The position numbers and the translations under genes were made by a program. Shown in pieces: positions 58,003 through 64,000 of a DNA stretch of 64,000 bases. The stretch's first letter is position 1; each line of letters opens with the position of its first letter. Origin of the DNA: an uncultured virus (IMG/VR IMGVR_UViG_3300025864_000013) (lineage: Duplodnaviria > Heunggongvirae > Uroviricota > Caudoviricetes); IMG/VR virus record IMGVR_UViG_3300025864_000013; one strand, given 5' to 3'. The notes under the pieces are model-generated. The model saw only the letters and a program-made list of their open reading frames with translations, had not been told where the DNA came from and searched no databases.

Positions 58003-59043
58003 TTATTTTATTAATTTCCACTCATCATCGTAAAATAAGTTAATGGGCTTTTCTTCCCATTGATCGGTATATACACGCAATGATCCGCGTTTCCATTGCC
58101 CACTTGAATATCTTTTAATTATTCCAAAATATTGGGCTATAATAATTAAGGTTATATTCTCAATAGACTGCAATTGAATAACATTTTGTACTTCAATATT
58201 GTGCTCTTGTGTGATGTTAATATTATCAATAGTTTGCCCCTGAGATAAATTATCAATACCTAATTTATGAATTTGTGTTATTATAATTGATTCTATGGAT
58301 TGGGTTTGCAGGATATTATCAATACTTATATTATGGTTTTGAGTGATTGAAATATTTTCAATACTTTGGGATTGCATCATATCCTGAATAATCAGGTTGA
58401 TGGCTGCAATGACTTCAATAACTAAGTTCTCAATGCTTTGTGATTGTGACAGGTTTTGAATAACCAAATTATGTACCTGTGTGATAGATATTCCTTCAAT
58501 AGATTGATTTTGTAATAAATCTTGAACCAAAATACTATGTACCTGTGTGATGATGACATTATCCATACTTTGATTCTGTGTGATATTGTCAATCAGTAAG
58601 GAGTGAATTTGAGTAATGACAATATTTTCGAGCGACTGATTTTGTAGTAAGCTATTAATTACCAAGTTGTGTAATTGAGTAATGACAATAGACTCCAGTG
58701 ATTGCGCCTGGGCAATATCTTGAATTGACAGAACATGAACTTGTGTAATAGAAACATTAGCAATTGACTGAGTCTGCGCCATGTCCTGAATGACAATATT
58801 ATGGACTTGTGTTATTGCAGGACTTTCAATGGATTGAGCCTGAGAAACGTTATTAATAGCAATGTTATGAACCTGAGAAATAGCTACATTCTCAATTGAC
58901 TGAGATTGAACAACGTCTTGAATAACTAATGTCACAGCACCGCTAGCGGTAGCCTCCCAATAGTTTTTTGCTATTACTGAGGATAATAGGTTTTCAGAAG
59001 TAAATCTTCCGCTTGGGCTTCGTCTCCAAATATTGCTTGCCAT
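58003..59043 (-). CDS. fibre-like protein with ~12 22-aa repeats
   Basis: repeat consensus I(Q/D)(D/N)xxQxQSIENIxITQxHNLx. Confidence 0.75.
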   Translation of the reverse strand: MASNIWRRSPSGRFTSENLLSSVIAKNYWEATASGAVTLVIQDVVQSQSIENVAISQVHNIAINNVSQAQSIESPAITQVHNIVIQDMAQTQSIANVSITQVHVLSIQDIAQAQSLESIVITQLHNLVINSLLQNQSLENIVITQIHSLLIDNITQNQSMDNVIITQVHSILVQDLLQNQSIEGISITQVHNLVIQNLSQSQSIENLVIEVIAAINLIIQDMMQSQSIENISITQNHNISIDNILQTQSIESIIITQIHKLGIDNLSQGQTIDNINITQEHNIEVQNVIQLQSIENITLIIIAQYFGIIKRYSSGQWKRGSLRVYTDQWEEKPINLFYDDEWKLIK

Positions 59044-59046
59044 AAT

Positions 59047-59829
59047 CTATCCCATTGCGATTTGTACTGAACAATCAGGCAATCCTACAGCCGTTGCATC
59101 AGCATATAGTAACATAAATAATGCGGATGTTTCAAATATCTGAGGGAATCCCGTTTTAAGTAAATCATGCGTATCGCCATCATTAGTACTTCTGATTCTT
59201 CCAAACCATAAAGGACGGAGAACCATAACATTAAACGTCCCAACGGTTGCAATTGAGGCTATAACTGAGTTGATTTGTTGTACTCCATTATCCCCTGCTG
59301 CCAATGGCATTTGAAAACACCTGCCTATTGGTAATGCCCCTACAACTACAACTCCGGTATCTCCTGCAACCCCTCCCTGATCAAGATATGTTACCCTCAA
59401 ACTTAATGAACCAGTAAAGGCAGTAACAGCCTCTACCCATAATTGAAGTCCATTATAATTTGAATTTATTATCCTGCCTGCATAACTTGGTTGTGTTGCT
59501 AAAGTAACATTAGCATTAAAAGCATAAGCCCCCGCTGCAAATACTTTATCATAAAGATCCAAGCAACACGCCACACTACTTCCAAACTCTACCTTTGATA
59601 AATATCCTAATTGGCCACTAAAAGAAGTCATTACAGGGTAACCTGCCGTAGTTGCAACAGGGACTAATCCATTTGCGGTATTTCCTATTGCAAGTGCGCC
59701 CGCCCCAGGATTACCCGCAAGATCAAATGTTGTATAGGGTAATGCAGCCACAACTGTACGAGTACCCGTTTTCATCCATGTAATGCGTTGCTTCGCACTA
59801 CCGATATATTTATCTAATGTATCTATCAT
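59047..59829 (-). CDS. beta-rich virion/fibre-associated protein
   Basis: composition; MPLAAGDNGVQ.I..V motif. Confidence 0.6.
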   Translation of the reverse strand: MIDTLDKYIGSAKQRITWMKTGTRTVVAALPYTTFDLAGNPGAGALAIGNTANGLVPVATTAGYPVMTSFSGQLGYLSKVEFGSSVACCLDLYDKVFAAGAYAFNANVTLATQPSYAGRIINSNYNGLQLWVEAVTAFTGSLSLRVTYLDQGGVAGDTGVVVVGALPIGRCFQMPLAAGDNGVQQINSVIASIATVGTFNVMVLRPLWFGRIRSTNDGDTHDLLKTGFPQIFETSALFMLLYADATAVGLPDCSVQIAMG

Positions 59830-59838
59830 AGCTTCCTA

Positions 59839-60213
59839 TTAGGTTGGATCTGCAAGTTCCCATTTGAACGCTGGCGTATTTGCTGAATTTCCCGCTGTCA
59901 CTACCTGTGACGTAACAGTATCAACAAAAAGTAAAACGGATGCTGAACAGAAAGCAATAAATAAAGTCGTTCCGCTATTCGTCACTGTTACTCCTGCCTC
60001 TGCTGTCTTTGTGATCTTCCTGCCACTTACATCACCATTTACAGGGCCGGTGAACGAACCTGCTGTTAATCCTGTTTTAAGAATTAACATAAAGGTTGTT
60101 ATTGCTTCTGCGTATGTCGTCGGCTGTGCGCTACATAAGCTCATTTGTGTCGCTCCGTTTTTTAGTGCGTTTAAATTAGGATCAATCAAACTGTCATCTA
60201 AAGTTTTTGCCAT
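59839..60213 (-). CDS. small virion structural protein
   Basis: CSAQPTTYAEA...GDVSGRK...DPT. Confidence 0.6.
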   Translation of the reverse strand: MAKTLDDSLIDPNLNALKNGATQMSLCSAQPTTYAEAITTFMLILKTGLTAGSFTGPVNGDVSGRKITKTAEAGVTVTNSGTTLFIAFCSASVLLFVDTVTSQVVTAGNSANTPAFKWELADPT

Positions 60214-60230
60214 TTTATTTTATTTAAAAT

Positions 60231-60410
60231 TTAACTTATATCAATCCATAAAAGCCCCTCGGTTGGATCTGGCGGCTCTGTTGCGCTAATAACCAACCCC
60301 CGCTCGCCATTTGCGCCCTTCAATGATAATAACCATGCGGCCTCATTGCCTATAAACCCATTATCAACTGCTATCTGATAAGCAGATTTGCCCGTTTTAG
60401 ATAGTGGCAT
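60231..60410 (-). CDS. small fibre-associated protein (not in track)
   Basis: GKSAYQIAVDNGFIGNEAAWLLSLKG motif typical of collagen-like phage fibres. Confidence 0.7.
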   Translation of the reverse strand: MPLSKTGKSAYQIAVDNGFIGNEAAWLLSLKGANGERGLVISATEPPDPTEGLLWIDIS

Positions 60411-60414
60411 AATA

Positions 60415-60951
60415 CTAAGTTATTTCTGTTACCATTGCGTTTCCATCAACTTCGCTCCAAAAACCTTCTATTCTGCCTAAATAACACGGATAGGGCAGTT
60501 CTAGGTAGTCAGCAGCACTTATTTTAACCGTAAAACTATCAATACTTGCGTCCTCTCCATATTTGACATAAAGATATTTTAATGAGTTATTAAAAATTGT
60601 TGCCATCTTTCTTTTTCCATTCATATCTAATAATAGAACCGAAGAAGCTGACGAACTTATCTTTGAGACGACACTCGTCGTGGGCTGTTGTACATTCCAT
60701 GAAAGCAGCAAGTCTCTTAGCTCTTCTGCACTAGTTAGCCCAAGCGGTTCTGAAATATCCCGCCAGTCTAGTACGATATAGTTTGCTGTTATAGCTGCAC
60801 TACGAAGGACAATATAAACCAACGAGACGGCATCGGCAGCTCCGGTATAAGATATTATACAGTCAAAGTCACCCTTGTTGACTGTATATTTAAGGTTGGA
60901 TGATCTGTCAACCTCAATACTTGTGACATTATTTCGTAGAATTGTTGGCAA
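60415..60951 (-). CDS. beta-rich virion-type protein
   Basis: RKMATIFNNS...LYVKYG motif. Confidence 0.6.
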   Translation of the reverse strand: MPTILRNNVTSIEVDRSSNLKYTVNKGDFDCIISYTGAADAVSLVYIVLRSAAITANYIVLDWRDISEPLGLTSAEELRDLLLSWNVQQPTTSVVSKISSSASSVLLLDMNGKRKMATIFNNSLKYLYVKYGEDASIDSFTVKISAADYLELPYPCYLGRIEGFWSEVDGNAMVTEIT

Positions 60952-60953
60952 GG

Positions 60954-61424
60954 TTAAATCATTACTTTATTTATAAATAATCCTATTATCACTGTCACGA
61001 AAGCGGCCACCTCAATCCACCATGCCGTATTCTTATTTTTCCAAAGTATAAATCCGGTAGCGAGTAACATTGGCACAACCAAATACCACTGATGAAAATT
61101 AAGCCACAACATCAACATTCCGACTGCTATTCCAGCATCAGCACCAAAATTATGGATGAATTGAGTTAACTTATCTCCGCTACCAGTTCTTGCTGCACCG
61201 TCAAAGCAAAGTAAACTACCTGCAATCATTCCTAAAGCATTGTCAGTGATAAGAATAATAGGAATTGATATTCCCCACATGAATAGTGTGTAATAAGCCT
61301 CCTGTGATTGTTTAAATAGTAGATAGCTACTAGAAATAGAAGGCTGAACACCCCATCTCTTTACTACCATTAAAACGTACCAAAGAAATACCGCTATTGT
61401 GAAAATCAATCCTGCTATTATCAT
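60954..61424 (-). CDS. multi-pass membrane protein
   Basis: PSISSSY...H...WWIE; five to six TM segments. Confidence 0.7.
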   Translation of the reverse strand: MIIAGLIFTIAVFLWYVLMVVKRWGVQPSISSSYLLFKQSQEAYYTLFMWGISIPIILITDNALGMIAGSLLCFDGAARTGSGDKLTQFIHNFGADAGIAVGMLMLWLNFHQWYLVVPMLLATGFILWKNKNTAWWIEVAAFVTVIIGLFINKVMI

Positions 61425-63958
61425 AATTTTATTTTTTTACGAAATATTAGTATATCCGAAACAACATTTGTTCTTCCAAAGATTCCTTCCGGTAGCCTGT
61501 AAGCATCAATCAGTTTCCCTTTCTCTGCAATAGCCTGCTTACATTTACTATCACCTTGGTCAAGCCATAGCTTCCCTCCGGCTGCTACTTCCGCACCGAC
61601 AATGTAAATAAGTAAACCGTCTTTTTTTAGTAAGTCAAGGCCCCGGAATATGAAGTAATCAATGTAATTCTTTGCATGAGAATAACGACCTTCACCCATA
61701 CCCATCTCTCTTCCGCTAACTTCCATGTAAGGAGGGTTGCCTATAACCAGGTCGTGAGTAGGCTTCGGTATTTTTGCGCCTATGGTGTAGTTGTTCTTTG
61801 TGAATACCATTTCAAACTTCATTGAGTCGGCTCCGTCATTGACAATAACATCAGGGTAGAGAATCTTCGTTATCCTTGCGGAATATTTATTTAGTTCATA
61901 CGCTGTTTTGCGCTGTACGGACGACAATACATAACGAGGGTCAAAAAAGATACCTACTCCAACAGATGGCTCACAAACCGATTCAATAGCAAATTTACGG
62001 TGCTTATCAGCGAGTCCCCACATCTTTGCTACAATAGCATCAGGAGTGTAAAACTCATACATGCTTTTCAGTAATTCTTCATTGCCTGTAACTTCTTTTA
62101 AACCACCATAACCGGAATAAGCCCTGATAAAATCGTGTTTATCATCAAAGAATGAAGTATCGTACCAATGTTCATCCAGAGCTTTCTCAATATCTTTGTT
62201 TAGCTCATATTCTGACGTGTAGTCGGAGAGGGTGTAAGAAATTGATTTACCTTCTTCTTTTATGAGAGTTTGAACATAATCTTCTAGCCCGGTGTCGGCT
62301 AGTTGTTTTTCCGTAAGATCAGGGAATATGTCTTTTACTTCGGGTTTGCTAATTCTTGCCGGATGAATTATTTTACGTAATGCTTTCTTTATACTCTCGT
62401 CACGTCCAGAAAGAAATTCGCCGCCTTCCTTTAAATCATTATATGCCTCTGTAATCACATTCTTAATTTCATCTTTTATGGTTTGTTTATCCGGCATTTC
62501 TTTGAAGAAATTACCCGCATCGTAATTGCCATTTTCCCCAAGACTTTCAGGATAACCTATTGTCATTTCATAACGCCATCCATCAACATACATCGGATCT
62601 GTTTTTGTTATGACCTCGATTTTATAAGAAGCATCAAGTTCTGACACTTGCTGCCATTCGTTAAAAGTTATTTTTGGCTCACTCCACGCATCTTCCGGTA
62701 TAGCTGCAACTTCTTCTTCCGTCTGTGTCGGGTATGTCATTTCTTCGGAGACAATGGCGACTTCCGGATCTGTAATATTATTACCCTCTCTTTTTTCCCA
62801 TAATGGAGTGCCTGTTTCTTTAATATATGCGCCTTGATTCTCTATTAACTTCTCTACCCTTAATTGTCGCTCTTGTTCTAAGTTCGGTTCATCATTCCGT
62901 ACTTCTTTTTCTGCATCAAATAAAATACCTTTTAATTCTTTTGCTTTTTCTGCTAAATACAACCATCCTTCGCTTCGTTTCATTTCCACGGCGTATGCGG
63001 GAAGTGTCTTTATGTATTCACCTCCTGTGTTAATCCATTGTGCTATTTCTGCGGTTATAGCTAAAGATTTATCTTCCCATTCAGCAATTTGCCTATCTAT
63101 GGCTTTTTTGAGTTTTTCAGCAGTATTATAATTTGGGTTTTCTTCTACAATAGCCAAGTCCCTGTCAAAATATTCATTATGAACATCAAAGTTATGATTT
63201 ATAAAGCTTACTATCGCTCTATCAATACCGTATGGTGAATGGTTTTTTAATACATGAACAACCGTTGGGTTATTTTTTTCTTCCTGCTCATTCCGTACTT
63301 CTTTTTCCATAGCGTTTGCCAATTCGTGTGCATCATCGTAAGATAATCCTTCGTCCCGCATCTTACCTATTTCAAATAGTTCATGTTTGATTGTGGCCTC
63401 CATATCAGCGGGTTTATCCTTTTGGTTGTCGTCAATCCAGACTTCATCCTTATTCGGAATCCAGTCGTAAACAAAGCCGTGGCCGCCTGAAACAAATTCA
63501 ATATGATCCTTTCGGACTTGCTCTCCGTCAACCAAATAAAGTCTCATCCCTTCCTGTTCACGTAAAAAGACTTTATGGTAATCGGGTTCCGGCTTAAATT
63601 CATACTTCGGAATACCACCTATAATAATATGATCTTTGATAAAATCTTTTTTAGGCTGTAATTCCGGATATTCGCTTCTTATATTCTCTGGAACTGGATT
63701 GCCTTGTGCGATTGCTTCTTTAATAATATCCAGATGATTGCCATATTGTTTTTCAAGTTGTTCGCGAGTAACTGGATGTTGATTCTTCATATGATACTCC
63801 ATTTGCTCATCAATGAATTGATCCAATGGCTTACCTACTGTCTTTTCAGTAGCGTCACGGTATTCTTTTGCTGTCATTTGCCACGGCTCTTTCATTTTAC
63901 CGTAATCCGGCTGAATAACATCGAGTGGCACTTTTGTATCACTTTCTTTGCTTACCAT
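61421..63958 (-). CDS. polyvalent protein with C-terminal N6-adenine methyltransferase and zincin-like HExxE module
   Basis: EFYTP, EPSVGVG, VIGNPPY, DILIFRK; KHELFE...AH. Confidence 0.85.
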   Translation of the reverse strand: MVSKESDTKVPLDVIQPDYGKMKEPWQMTAKEYRDATEKTVGKPLDQFIDEQMEYHMKNQHPVTREQLEKQYGNHLDIIKEAIAQGNPVPENIRSEYPELQPKKDFIKDHIIIGGIPKYEFKPEPDYHKVFLREQEGMRLYLVDGEQVRKDHIEFVSGGHGFVYDWIPNKDEVWIDDNQKDKPADMEATIKHELFEIGKMRDEGLSYDDAHELANAMEKEVRNEQEEKNNPTVVHVLKNHSPYGIDRAIVSFINHNFDVHNEYFDRDLAIVEENPNYNTAEKLKKAIDRQIAEWEDKSLAITAEIAQWINTGGEYIKTLPAYAVEMKRSEGWLYLAEKAKELKGILFDAEKEVRNDEPNLEQERQLRVEKLIENQGAYIKETGTPLWEKREGNNITDPEVAIVSEEMTYPTQTEEEVAAIPEDAWSEPKITFNEWQQVSELDASYKIEVITKTDPMYVDGWRYEMTIGYPESLGENGNYDAGNFFKEMPDKQTIKDEIKNVITEAYNDLKEGGEFLSGRDESIKKALRKIIHPARISKPEVKDIFPDLTEKQLADTGLEDYVQTLIKEEGKSISYTLSDYTSEYELNKDIEKALDEHWYDTSFFDDKHDFIRAYSGYGGLKEVTGNEELLKSMYEFYTPDAIVAKMWGLADKHRKFAIESVCEPSVGVGIFFDPRYVLSSVQRKTAYELNKYSARITKILYPDVIVNDGADSMKFEMVFTKNNYTIGAKIPKPTHDLVIGNPPYMEVSGREMGMGEGRYSHAKNYIDYFIFRGLDLLKKDGLLIYIVGAEVAAGGKLWLDQGDSKCKQAIAEKGKLIDAYRLPEGIFGRTNVVSDILIFRKKIKL

Positions 63959-64000
63959 ATCACTTCCCTCAATCAGTTTTTTATCCGTTTCACTTACTCC

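Noticed and set aside
58003..59043. CRISPR array or non-coding tandem repeat
   Set aside because: The periodicity is protein-level, with degenerate codons and no identical repeats separated by spacers.
1..64000. Stop-codon reassignment
   Set aside because: Genes are long and tightly packed under the standard code, and TAA, TAG and TGA all end genes.

Overview
AT-rich 64-kb segment that looks like a large virus or provirus of Bacteroidota (TAnnTTTG promoters, A-rich leaders without clear Shine-Dalgarno sites). Two arms converge at about 25.5 kb. The + arm (1-25.5 kb) holds early and accessory genes: many small ORFs, a radical SAM enzyme, a C5 DNA methyltransferase with a nested alternative-frame subunit, a duplicated two-gene module (partner protein plus a minimal PolB-like polymerase), and an 8-kb acyl-carrier/sugar-modification cluster (FabG, FabH, MTase, DUF1599-like, MaoC, FkbH, ACP, GNAT, FdtA, GT2). 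The - arm (25.6-64 kb) holds lysis genes, a tyrosine recombinase, adhesin-like proteins and about 25 small membrane-anchored proteins. It also holds a CHAP amidase, an HExxH protease, a candidate single-jelly-roll capsid protein, an A32/P9-type packaging ATPase with a degenerate paralog, and a split DarB-like methylase/SNF2-zeta pair. I recognise no terminase, portal or tail genes, which points to an unusually large tailless, membrane-containing virus. The most notable signals are (i) a stand-alone 5' half of a tmRNA with its own proteolysis tag and terminator, inside an ncRNA cluster at 47.5-48.9 kb, (ii) a recurrent [FYW]-[KR]-N-A motif across virion proteins encoded next to a zinc protease, (iii) the duplicated mini-polymerase module, and (iv) the active/inactive packaging ATPase pair. 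All calls come from motif reading by eye; no database searches were run.
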